Shown here: in pieces, positions 30,026 through 39,500 of the stretch | Layout: the number at the start of each line of letters is the position of its first letter | How positions within the stretch are numbered: the stretch's first letter is position 1 | NCBI GenBank assembly: GCA_034439575.1 | Contig: JAWXAQ010000033.1 | Coordinates: forward strand, 32,001 to 96,000 | DNA from: Leptospira sp. | GTDB taxonomy: Bacteria > Spirochaetota > Leptospiria > Leptospirales > Leptospiraceae | Reading direction: 5' to 3' | Length of the DNA stretch: 64,000 nt | Program-made: the position numbers and the translations under genes | The notes under the pieces: model-generated | Databases searched by the model: none | Seen by the model: only the letters and a program-made list of their open reading frames with translations | What the model was told of the DNA's origin: nothing

Positions 30026-32239
30026 ATGCCCGATAGTGCTGAACAATATGACGATCTTTTTTCAGTAGAAGACACAAATCCATTTCCAAAAGAAGAAGTT
30101 AAATCTAAAAATATACCCCCGATACTTGAACTACCAAAAAATAAGGGACGCTTTTCTCCAACGGCACAAGCAATCTTAGAAGAACTACGAGTCAGGCATA
30201 GACGACTCGAGATGCATGGTAGTTCAGAAATTTCGCCTTCTTTGTTACCAACTGTCGACCAAATTCCTGAAATTTTACAAAAAGAAGTTCAGTTGCCAGA
30301 TACTCACAAAACACAGATCGCCATAAGCGAAGCTTTATTGGAACTTTCAGACGCAAAGAATGGTTTTGTGGGACGGGCCGTTTATTTTTATCCATTTCTA
30401 CTCCGGTCAGAAAATGGAATCACAATTCGCATCATTATGGCGGCACCACAAAACAAGGATAAGCTGGATATGACCCCTTACCGACGTGCTTGTTTTAAAT
30501 ATTCAGAGGAATTGGTCGCTGTCGTATATAAAAATTTAGCTAATAAAGATCCCATCATTGATGAATCAAAACCTGGAAAAATATTATTGGAAAGAGACAC
30601 TAAGGGAGATTTGTTTTTTTATCCAAATTTATTTTCAGCAGAACAAGATTTTAATATGATAACCGAAAAGGGATTTTCTCCGTATGTCACTTTCGTGATC
30701 CCTGATTTTACATATGATTTGATTGAATTTGGAAAAACTAGCAAACGTTTACTAGAGATAAATTCAGAATACCATATTGTAATTCCAACAAATGGATTTG
30801 TGGAAATTCTCCTTAAACATATTGCTGTGCAATTGGACGGACTATCCAATTTTATTTTTCAATATTTAAAAAAAATTGCCAAAGAAAACCAAACGTTTCG
30901 TTTTTTAGATATCATCGAAGATTTGGAGAAAAAAACTCCCGACTCCAGTGAGTCCTTGTTAAATGGTGGATGGAAAATCGCCTATGAGTATATCAATTTA
31001 ATTCAAGAATTTCCATTTAATGAAACCTTGACTGATGAAAATTTCAGAGTTAAGGAGAGTTGCTTTTTATCTGTTCAAATATTGAAAAAATTATTGGATG
31101 AAGTCCAAAAGAAAGGACGAGATGTTTTTGAGGATCGTTATAAAGATATATTAAAAAAAGTAAAAGAGAAAGTTTTGGATAATTCTATTCGAAATTTGCA
31201 ACTAACGCCCGTCTCTGTTGAATTGGAATTATCACCTCTTTTTACGGAACCAAACGTAGATAAAACAGCATTAACTACTCGTTTTATGAATGATATGAGT
31301 GCGATTCTGGGAGCTTATTCTGAAAAAAACCAAAATGGTGAAATCGTTTGTTATGCGGTTGACCAAAGGTATCTAAATGATATTATTGAAAATATAAAAT
31401 CAGTAGGTCAAAAAGATGAAAATATTTTATTTCAATTAAAATATCTTGAAATCATTCACAAAGAGTTAATCAGACGAAATGATCCATTGTTAGATTCTCT
31501 TTCAGAAACCAATAAAACAAAAGCAAAACCTGAATCCACGGACATATCTGAGACTGAAAAAGAAAAAGATAAAATTGATTGGAATTCCATATTAGAAAAT
31601 TTTGATTTACCATCGGGTTTAGGAATCAGTTTGTTTGGTTCTAGCATTGCGACCATAGTTTCTCTCATAAAAAATGAGATGGATACTTTACTCACGGGCG
31701 TTTTTGTGAGTGTCCTTTCCGGAATTGTATTCTCTTATATTTATAAAAAATCGCAGGGAACTGAAAAAGAAAAATTAAGTTCAAAAAAAGCACCCATCAT
31801 TCCATCAAATCAAAAATCTATGAATTTGTTAAAAGCTGTGGAAACAGTTCTTTTTCCGAAAAAATTCAATCATGTTTTTGAAAAGGTTTATGATACTAAA
31901 AAATTAAGATATCAAATCGAAGAAAGTATCGAGGAAATCAAATCATTTTTACCCGAAGGTGAAAGAACCAAGGATAACAAAAAATTGTTTATCGAAATTG
32001 AATCAAATCTGCCAACACTTATTGCAACTATTCGCATCCCAGATGATGTCCAAATGAAGGGAAAGGTCAGAGAATTAATCATTAGCAAAAATGATTTAAA
32101 GACCATTGTATTTAGAGACAAATTAGCAGACCATTTTAGAAAAGAAGCATCAGTTTATAAGTCTGATCAGGATATGATGGCATATCTGAATTTTATAATA
32201 AAAGAAATTGAGTTTGGTTATGCGAAGTATATAAAATAA
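30026..32239 (+). CDS. Large hypothetical protein with two TM helices near the C-terminus
   Basis: 737-aa ORF with two hydrophobic segments at about aa 530-575. Confidence 0.8.
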   Translation: MPDSAEQYDDLFSVEDTNPFPKEEVKSKNIPPILELPKNKGRFSPTAQAILEELRVRHRRLEMHGSSEISPSLLPTVDQIPEILQKEVQLPDTHKTQIAISEALLELSDAKNGFVGRAVYFYPFLLRSENGITIRIIMAAPQNKDKLDMTPYRRACFKYSEELVAVVYKNLANKDPIIDESKPGKILLERDTKGDLFFYPNLFSAEQDFNMITEKGFSPYVTFVIPDFTYDLIEFGKTSKRLLEINSEYHIVIPTNGFVEILLKHIAVQLDGLSNFIFQYLKKIAKENQTFRFLDIIEDLEKKTPDSSESLLNGGWKIAYEYINLIQEFPFNETLTDENFRVKESCFLSVQILKKLLDEVQKKGRDVFEDRYKDILKKVKEKVLDNSIRNLQLTPVSVELELSPLFTEPNVDKTALTTRFMNDMSAILGAYSEKNQNGEIVCYAVDQRYLNDIIENIKSVGQKDENILFQLKYLEIIHKELIRRNDPLLDSLSETNKTKAKPESTDISETEKEKDKIDWNSILENFDLPSGLGISLFGSSIATIVSLIKNEMDTLLTGVFVSVLSGIVFSYIYKKSQGTEKEKLSSKKAPIIPSNQKSMNLLKAVETVLFPKKFNHVFEKVYDTKKLRYQIEESIEEIKSFLPEGERTKDNKKLFIEIESNLPTLIATIRIPDDVQMKGKVRELIISKNDLKTIVFRDKLADHFRKEASVYKSDQDMMAYLNFIIKEIEFGYAKYIK

Positions 32240-32242
32240 AAT

Positions 32243-33004
32243 TTAATGTATCATATGATACACTTCTTTCATTTCTTCACGAAGTAGTCTCATTTTTTCT
32301 GGTACATCGGGATGGCTGATATCTTCTGGATTTAATAGATAACTTTCAGGACCTAGGTCTTTAATCATCATTTTTGTTTGCCAAGTATTGTCTTGAGGCA
32401 TATTGATATCAGATAAGTAAGTATAATTTCGTTTGATGGCTGGTTTGATAAAATCTAAAATCGAATTAAAATGATGATCGTTATAAATCTTTTTGCCGTC
32501 AGCTAAGCGTGTATAACCGCGAACTACATAATCGATATATACCACATCACATTCGAAGGCTTCGAATAAATAATTCATAGCATCAAGTGGAATGATTTCA
32601 CCACAAGTCGAGATATCAATATCAACTCTAAAAGAACAAATGCCGTCAGGATCAGCGGCATCCGGATAGGTATGAACAGTGATATGTGATTTATCCAAAT
32701 GCATGCTAACTTGTGCAGATGGAATCGGCGCCCCACCACCCTTGATATCACTCATCAAAACCATGGAAGATGCACCGACAGGGTCATAATCTTGTGAAGA
32801 TACAGCAAGAATGTTAGCGTCGATCATTCTCACGATTTCAGTGGAAATTTCTGTAATTTTTGTAGCGTTATATTTGTCGTGAATGTAACTTACGTAATGC
32901 GATTTTTGGTCGTCGTCTAAGGTGATGCAAAAATCATAAAGATTGAAACTAAGTACCTTGGTTAAATTGTTAAATCCAGATATCTTAATTTTTTCTTTAT
33001 CCAT
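32243..33004 (-). CDS. speD: S-adenosylmethionine decarboxylase proenzyme (E. coli-type)
   Basis: GFNNLTK, QDYDPVGAS, HLDKSHITVHTYP self-cleavage motif, DISTCG. Confidence 0.92.
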   Translation of the reverse strand: MDKEKIKISGFNNLTKVLSFNLYDFCITLDDDQKSHYVSYIHDKYNATKITEISTEIVRMIDANILAVSSQDYDPVGASSMVLMSDIKGGGAPIPSAQVSMHLDKSHITVHTYPDAADPDGICSFRVDIDISTCGEIIPLDAMNYLFEAFECDVVYIDYVVRGYTRLADGKKIYNDHHFNSILDFIKPAIKRNYTYLSDINMPQDNTWQTKMMIKDLGPESYLLNPEDISHPDVPEKMRLLREEMKEVYHMIH

Positions 33005-33059
33005 TTTTACTTCCTTATTGGCAAAAACCTCGAACGAGCCATACTCGCAAGGAGATTAT

Positions 33060-35324
33060 TTAAGCCTCAATGACGCAATCTACATAGTAGCGTAAAATGC
33101 CACCTTCATCAACCTCTTGGATGAGGCCATGGATATCCGTTTCAAAACCTGGGAACTTGCTATTGAAGTCTCGAGCAAATTTTAAGTAGTGAACAATTGT
33201 TTCATTGAAACATTCCCCAGGAATTAAGAGGGGAATGCCTGGTGGATATGGAGTGAGTAGGATACTTGTAATGCGACCAACTAAATCATCTATAACTACT
33301 CGTTCGATTTGTCTATGGGCCATCTTGGCATAAGCATCTGCCGGTGGCATAGATGGGACCATATTTGAAAGATACATTTCTGTTGTTAGGCGGGCGATGT
33401 CACTTGCTTTATAAATTTCATGAATTTGATCACTTAAATCTTTAAGACCTATGCGTTCATACTTTGGAAATTTTGCGACAAACTTTGGCATCACTCGCCA
33501 AACTGGTTTGTTTGCATCATAGTCATCTTTTAACTGTTGTAATTCGGTAACAAGTGTATTCCAGCGTCCTTTGGTGATGCCAATAGTAAACATGATGAAA
33601 AAAGAATATAATCCTGTTTTTTCTACGATGATGCCATGTTCGGACAAATATTTTGTAACGATGATCGCTGGAATCCCATTATCAGAAAATTTACCATCCA
33701 TATCGAGACCTGGAGTGATGATGGTTGATTTGATCGGATCAAGCATATTGAATCCAGGAGCCAATGGTCCAAATCCATGCCATTTATCTTCTGCTCGAAT
33801 CATCCAATCTTCACGAGTTCCGATGCCTTCATCAACAAGGTAATCAGGTCCCCATACTTTAAACCACCATGAATCACCAAACTCTTCATCCACCTTTCGC
33901 ATAGCGCGACGAAAGTCGAGAGCTTCTGCTATCGATTCTTCCACAAGAGCTGTTCCGCCAGGAGGCTCCATCATACTTGCGGCAACATCACATGAAGCAA
34001 TGATCGCATACTGTGGGCTAGTTGAAGAATGCATGTGATAGGCTTCATTAAATCTATGACGATCCAATTTTCTTGTTTGGGAGTCTTGCACAAGAATTTG
34101 AGACGCTTGTGATAAACCAGCCAGGAGTTTGTGCGTAGATTGTGTAGAGAACACTAGAGAATTTTCTGATCTAGGTCTATCTGGACCGATTGCGTGCATA
34201 CATTTATAAAATGGATGAAAGGATGCATGGGGAAGCCATGCTTCATCAAAATGAAGTGTATCTATAGCATCTCCTAGAATCTCTTTGATCATATCGACAT
34301 TGTACAATACGCCGTCATAAGTAGATTGTGTGATTGTGAGTATGCGAATTTTTGCCGAAGGATTTTCATCAAATGCTTGTTTGGCGATAGGATTTGATGC
34401 GATTTTCCTTCTGATTTCATCTGGTTGAAATTCTGACAAAGGAATGGGCCCAATGATTCCATAATGATTTCTCGTGGGCATCAAAAAAACGGGGATACCG
34501 CCTGTCATTGTTATGGCATGTAAAATAGATTTATGACAATTTCTATCAACGACAACTATATCACCAGGTGCTACAGTCGCATGCCAAACCATTTTATTTG
34601 AGGTGGATGTTCCATTGGTAACAAAGAATAGGTGATCTGCGTGAAAAATGCGAGCCGCATTATGTTCACTAGCGGCAACGGGTCCATTGTGGTCTAACAA
34701 TTGCCCAAGTTCATCAACAGAATTGCAAACATCAGCTCTTAACATATTTTCGCCAAAGAATTGATGAAACATATGACCGACTGGACTCTTAAGAAAGGCA
34801 ACTCCACCAGAATGTCCAGGGCAATGCCAAGAATAAGAACCATCTTGTGCGTAGTCAGTCAGAGCTTTGAAGAAAGGTGGCATAAGCCCTTTGAGATACG
34901 TCTTTGCTTCGCGAATGATATGGCGGGCAACAAACTCTGGAGTGTCCTCAAACATATGAATGAAGCCGTGCAATTCTTTGAGTATATCATTTGGAATATG
35001 GCGAACCGTTCTCGTTTCTCCATATAAAAAAAGCGGGATGTTATTGTTACGAAATCGAATTTCTTCTACAAAGGCACGAAGGTTATCTATAGCGGCAGTA
35101 GCGTCACTTGCACTCGAAAATTCTTCATCATCGATGGATAGAATAAATGCTGAGGCACGGCTTTGTTGTTGGGCAAAGGAACTAAGGTCACCATAACTTG
35201 TGACCCCTAAAACTTCCATGCCTTCGTCTTCTATGCTCTTTGCGAGAGCTCGAATGCCTAATCCACTTGTATTTTCCGAACGGAAATCTTCATCGATAAT
35301 AAATATAGGAAATCGAAATTTCAT
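33060..35324 (-). CDS. Orn/Lys/Arg decarboxylase (PLP, fold type I, with wing domain)
   Basis: WHCPGHSGG, NGTSTSNK, DRNCHKS, HFDEAW, TQSTHKLL (PLP Lys), STSPQY, PYPPGIP. Confidence 0.93.
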   Translation of the reverse strand: MKFRFPIFIIDEDFRSENTSGLGIRALAKSIEDEGMEVLGVTSYGDLSSFAQQQSRASAFILSIDDEEFSSASDATAAIDNLRAFVEEIRFRNNNIPLFLYGETRTVRHIPNDILKELHGFIHMFEDTPEFVARHIIREAKTYLKGLMPPFFKALTDYAQDGSYSWHCPGHSGGVAFLKSPVGHMFHQFFGENMLRADVCNSVDELGQLLDHNGPVAASEHNAARIFHADHLFFVTNGTSTSNKMVWHATVAPGDIVVVDRNCHKSILHAITMTGGIPVFLMPTRNHYGIIGPIPLSEFQPDEIRRKIASNPIAKQAFDENPSAKIRILTITQSTYDGVLYNVDMIKEILGDAIDTLHFDEAWLPHASFHPFYKCMHAIGPDRPRSENSLVFSTQSTHKLLAGLSQASQILVQDSQTRKLDRHRFNEAYHMHSSTSPQYAIIASCDVAASMMEPPGGTALVEESIAEALDFRRAMRKVDEEFGDSWWFKVWGPDYLVDEGIGTREDWMIRAEDKWHGFGPLAPGFNMLDPIKSTIITPGLDMDGKFSDNGIPAIIVTKYLSEHGIIVEKTGLYSFFIMFTIGITKGRWNTLVTELQQLKDDYDANKPVWRVMPKFVAKFPKYERIGLKDLSDQIHEIYKASDIARLTTEMYLSNMVPSMPPADAYAKMAHRQIERVVIDDLVGRITSILLTPYPPGIPLLIPGECFNETIVHYLKFARDFNSKFPGFETDIHGLIQEVDEGGILRYYVDCVIEA

Positions 35325-35456
35325 TAATCTGAATTTACTCCCACATGACGCTCTAATTTTAAATTTGTAATCATCGAAAAAAGAGCGACACTAATTTGCA
35401 AAATCAAATATTTTTTTTCAATATATAAAAATTGGTAGATTAGGTAATTTTTACAA

Positions 35457-36293
35457 TTATCTAGAAATAATCCACTTTCCTTCCACCAAACTCAAATAAA
35501 GTGGGATCTCGGCACCATTCTTTCCCTTTAAAATGGAGTTTCCTTTTTTGTCAGAGATGTTTAATATTTTGTTATCACATAGCAATGAGTAGACGACATC
35601 CTTTTTGTTTAGTTTCCAGCTTGAACCAATTGCTTTAATCATATTTTTTAATTCTTTTCTTTCTGATTCGGCATTCATCGGATAGTATCTAGATTCGGAA
35701 GTGTCCTTGGTTCGGAAGTGAATTAAGGGTTCTATTTTTTTTGGGTCTTTTGTATTGAGTGCTTTTGTTAATTCTTCTGAAAACTTCATCGCCGCCTCTT
35801 TGGCATTAGCTGTGAGTTCTATTTTTTCTGCTTTTTCCCATAATTTTGAAGGTGGAATAAATGGAGGTACAAATTCTAAGTGAATCCATTCTTTACTTGG
35901 GGTTGTGTTGTTATCCTTTGGCCATTCAAAGTTTAAAAATTTTTCGCCTTCATCAGGGAATTGCCCTGCTTGGCCTATGACAAGATCGTAAGACGCTTTT
36001 GGAGAAAATTCGATTTCGCTTTTTTTCTTTTGTTTTCTTTCCGACAAACGGACAGAAATTATATTTTTTCCAGGCATGATCCAATAGTTAATATCTGCTT
36101 GGCCAGACGAATCTTCGTTAGATGCCCCATCCTTAATCACATAGCCATTCACGCTTAGTTCCATATTTACATCATAATTTTTGTAAGTTACGATATAATA
36201 ACCAGAAGTTGCGATTGGTTTTTTAGGCAAGGGTTCTTCACTTGCGAGAGAAAAAGTAAAACAAAGTAAAAATCCTATAAAAATCCGTATCAT
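35457..36293 (-). CDS. Exported hypothetical protein
   Basis: Signal peptide from MIRIF (ATG 36293); beta-rich N-terminal domain. Confidence 0.7.
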   Translation of the reverse strand: MIRIFIGFLLCFTFSLASEEPLPKKPIATSGYYIVTYKNYDVNMELSVNGYVIKDGASNEDSSGQADINYWIMPGKNIISVRLSERKQKKKSEIEFSPKASYDLVIGQAGQFPDEGEKFLNFEWPKDNNTTPSKEWIHLEFVPPFIPPSKLWEKAEKIELTANAKEAAMKFSEELTKALNTKDPKKIEPLIHFRTKDTSESRYYPMNAESERKELKNMIKAIGSSWKLNKKDVVYSLLCDNKILNISDKKGNSILKGKNGAEIPLYLSLVEGKWIISR

Positions 36294-36397
36294 TTTATGC
36301 TCCTGAAACAAAAGTCTGAATCAGAATTGGATCATAAAATTAGGGAATGGTCTATTAAAAATCTTGCAGAATTAAAAATTGAAAGGAACTTTTCCAT

Positions 36398-37297
36398 GTG
36401 AGATATTTAATTTTTCTTCTTCTATCGATTCAATTCATATTTGTTGATTGCCATAGTTCCAAAACAGAAGCTGTTTATTTGCCAGAAGTTTTACCGACGG
36501 AAGAATCCATCAAAATCACACTTTCATCTGATTCGAGTTTGGCGGCTATCAAAAACAAAGCGGTAGAAATGAACAAATCCCTTGAAGTATGGAAAGACGA
36601 AGAAAAGAGAAATGTCTCCGATTCTGAGATTCAAATTTATTGGAAATCAAATAGAGGAAAACTAAATCCAGAGATAATGGATACCGATGCCATTGATCGC
36701 ATTAGAGATTCGATCCGTGTACGGCTTGCCTGGAGTCGAATTTTTTATAAATCTAAAGTTTCTATAAAAGAAATTCCTAGAAACAATGTCTCCGTATTAA
36801 ATCAGCTTAATTTAAAAGATAGCCCAACTCATGGCAAAAAAGGTGCTAGATGGACGATTATAGAATGGAGTGATTATTTGTGTACTTTTTGCAAACAAAC
36901 TTACCCATTCACTCGAAATATATTAAAAAATTATAAAAATCAAATATACTATGTTCATAAATCCTTCCCTTTGGATGAGGATTCGAAAGAAGGGAAGTTA
37001 GCACTTGCAATATCTAAGTGTTTGTGGAAATCAAATCCTTCCACATTTTTCGAAATGGAACCAATACTATACCGAGAGGCACAATCAATCGCCCGAGGCG
37101 AAGAAAAAGGATTTCAGAATTGTAGCTCCAAAGAATTGGATAATTCGTATTATTCTAAGGTAGACACAGATTTTAATGAAGCAAAAAAACTAGGAATCAT
37201 GTCTATCCCCACATTTTGGGTGAATGGCAGGTGGATTGTCGGGGCACTTGATGATACCAGTTGGGAAAAGGTATTACAGGATTCCAGACCGCAATAA
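36398..37297 (+). CDS. DsbA/thioredoxin-fold lipoprotein
   Basis: Lipobox FVDC; EWSDYLCTFC (CxxC), FPL, SIPTFWVNG (cis-Pro). Confidence 0.85.
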   Translation: MRYLIFLLLSIQFIFVDCHSSKTEAVYLPEVLPTEESIKITLSSDSSLAAIKNKAVEMNKSLEVWKDEEKRNVSDSEIQIYWKSNRGKLNPEIMDTDAIDRIRDSIRVRLAWSRIFYKSKVSIKEIPRNNVSVLNQLNLKDSPTHGKKGARWTIIEWSDYLCTFCKQTYPFTRNILKNYKNQIYYVHKSFPLDEDSKEGKLALAISKCLWKSNPSTFFEMEPILYREAQSIARGEEKGFQNCSSKELDNSYYSKVDTDFNEAKKLGIMSIPTFWVNGRWIVGALDDTSWEKVLQDSRPQ

Positions 37298-37359
37298 AAA
37301 ATTTCTTGCGCAATTGTTAGGAAGGCATTTTCTTTTTTAACACCTAAATAGGAATTTAT

Positions 37360-38829
37360 ATGAATCAAAAAAAACTATCCCTCTTACTTTTATGTTCGCT
37401 CATCTTATTCTCAGTCAATTGTGGAAAAAAACTTCATTTTTCTATGGTCACTGCTACCTCAATGGAAAATGGGTTACCGTTCCTAGTGTTAGATGGTAAA
37501 GAATGGAAAGCAGAACCAGGCGCTGAATTTGTAAAATTGCATTTTTATGCAGATGAAGCCTTTGCTCTGAGCAAAGTTTCTATTGAATCATGTTCAGGTA
37601 ATTTTAAAGATAGAGTTGCCGCTTATGTAAACTTTGATGAAGTTTATGGAAGCACAGATATTGAAAAATCAAATTCTGAAGTTATGTTTGAACCAGTGGT
37701 TCAAGCAAGGTCGGTAACTTTGAACTTCCAAAGAAACCAAGACATTTGTCTAAAAAGTGTAAAATTTTATGACGAAGCAAAAAAGAAATATAGGACCTAT
37801 ACTCCTGAAATTATAAAAGCAAAAGTATCGGCTTCAGAAACCGCTTCACCTGAGGCGAGTTATTCTGTCATGAATTTGTTTGATTCCAAATATGAAAATG
37901 CCTATGCTTCTGTGAAAGGTGGTGAAGGTGTAACATTTAATTTTGATTTTGAAGATGAACAAGATATCACAAAATTAAAAATTTGGAACGGTTACCAAAG
38001 ATCAGATGTACATTGTATAAAAAATGGTAGAATCAAAGAATTTACTTTAACAGGTGATAATGGATATTCTGAAAAATTAACAGTTGAAGATACTATGGGT
38101 AGCCAAGAATTAAATTTACCAAAACCATTTGAAGGCAAAAAACTCACGTTAAAAGTAAATTCACTTTATCCTGGTTATTCGGAAAAAGGATTTGTTTTAT
38201 CAGAATTACGATTTGGAAACAAAAGCGGATGGATCGCTGTAGATACTCTTCCAAAATCTAAAGACACTGCTGCGAAAAACTTTGACGCATTTACTAAGGC
38301 ATCTCTACGGAGAGTTTTGAATCGTGGACTGACCGGTATGGAAGCTGTTCAAATTTCGGAAGAAGTTGTAACAGATGTTCCGGCTGGTGCTGAGAATAAT
38401 GTCGAAATTGATGAAACAGTAGAAGCTCCTACTTCTTCGGATTGGACAATTCGACTTCGTTCCGATGGAACTTTTTTTCTAGAAGGATCAACTGCTCGCA
38501 CAAATTATGATGCGGGTCAAGAGAGTTCGCAAAAATTTTATGGTATGGGAAATTTTGAAATCAAGGATTCAGCTCCAGGAAAAATCGATCTAAGAATTTT
38601 TGGTTTTCTTCGCAAACAAACTTTCACAAACTTTTTGGATTATGGGGGCGGGGACTGCAATGGATGTGGGAGAGATTGCAATATCGTAAAAAATCCAGAT
38701 CCAAATGACACAGAAAAAATATTTCAAGAATTTGTAACCTTGCAATTGAAAGGAAAAAAATACTATCTTACGAATGCCAAAAAAACTCAAAATTTAGACT
38801 TTTCTACTTTGGAGCTCAGTTTAGAATAG
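37360..38829 (+). CDS. Lipoprotein with a discoidin/NADase-type glycan-binding-like domain
   Basis: Lipobox SVNC; NLFD, IWNGYQRS, NGRIK, SLYPG, LSELRF; CNGCGRDC near the C-terminus. Confidence 0.7.
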   Translation: MNQKKLSLLLLCSLILFSVNCGKKLHFSMVTATSMENGLPFLVLDGKEWKAEPGAEFVKLHFYADEAFALSKVSIESCSGNFKDRVAAYVNFDEVYGSTDIEKSNSEVMFEPVVQARSVTLNFQRNQDICLKSVKFYDEAKKKYRTYTPEIIKAKVSASETASPEASYSVMNLFDSKYENAYASVKGGEGVTFNFDFEDEQDITKLKIWNGYQRSDVHCIKNGRIKEFTLTGDNGYSEKLTVEDTMGSQELNLPKPFEGKKLTLKVNSLYPGYSEKGFVLSELRFGNKSGWIAVDTLPKSKDTAAKNFDAFTKASLRRVLNRGLTGMEAVQISEEVVTDVPAGAENNVEIDETVEAPTSSDWTIRLRSDGTFFLEGSTARTNYDAGQESSQKFYGMGNFEIKDSAPGKIDLRIFGFLRKQTFTNFLDYGGGDCNGCGRDCNIVKNPDPNDTEKIFQEFVTLQLKGKKYYLTNAKKTQNLDFSTLELSLE

Positions 38830-38836
38830 AGTTCGG

Positions 38837-39451
38837 ATGAACTCTTATTGTATAAAATGTTTTTGTATCACGTTTCTTCTCTTTTTTGCATTCAGTTGTG
38901 GGAAAGAGGAGAAATTTTCTAATGCCTCTGATGTAAATCAGGTAACGCCCGTTACGCCAATTAAATCAAATAGCGTTGAGATTACTGTCAATTGGGATTA
39001 TACACAGATTCCATTAAAGATGGAAATACGTGAACCTTCGGGTTCTCAAAGCTTAGCACTATGGACAACAGGTTCTATTGCACTTGGAAAGTCGGCACCT
39101 TACGGCTCTATGATTCCTGAAAATAAAATCTTCCTTAAACCTGGATCAAAAAAACAATTTTTACTAGTGATGCAAAATCCCAGTGCTGAACCTATCTATT
39201 TTTTTGCTGCACCTCATCAAGCGGTTCCCGTTGAACATAGCTTCGGATTTAAATTTAAATGTCTCTGCGTGAATCATGCGTTTACAGTTCCTGCAAAAGA
39301 AACTTGGTATAGAGTCGTTGAAATTCGATTGGCTCCAGATTTTTTAGGAGATCGCCTTACTTTGACGCATAACATTATCGGTATCAGCAAAGAACGTATG
39401 TTAGAATTTGAGAAAAGTGCGCAAAAAACAATTCCCCATGAAATGGATTGA
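38837..39451 (+). CDS. Lipoprotein with a CtaG/Cox11-like CxC motif
   Basis: Lipobox AFSC; FKFKCLCVNHAFTVPAKETWYRVVEIRLAPDF parallels the Cox11 CFCF region. Confidence 0.55.
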   Translation: MNSYCIKCFCITFLLFFAFSCGKEEKFSNASDVNQVTPVTPIKSNSVEITVNWDYTQIPLKMEIREPSGSQSLALWTTGSIALGKSAPYGSMIPENKIFLKPGSKKQFLLVMQNPSAEPIYFFAAPHQAVPVEHSFGFKFKCLCVNHAFTVPAKETWYRVVEIRLAPDFLGDRLTLTHNIIGISKERMLEFEKSAQKTIPHEMD

Positions 39452-39500
39452 TCATTTGATTTCTTATAAAATTTATATTTTTATTTACCTTTAATCAAAA

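Noticed and set aside
35346..35390. GACGCTCT / AGAGCGAC pairing upstream of the decarboxylase (possible riboswitch)
   Set aside because: Only a short stem, with no recognisable lysine, SAM or polyamine riboswitch consensus.
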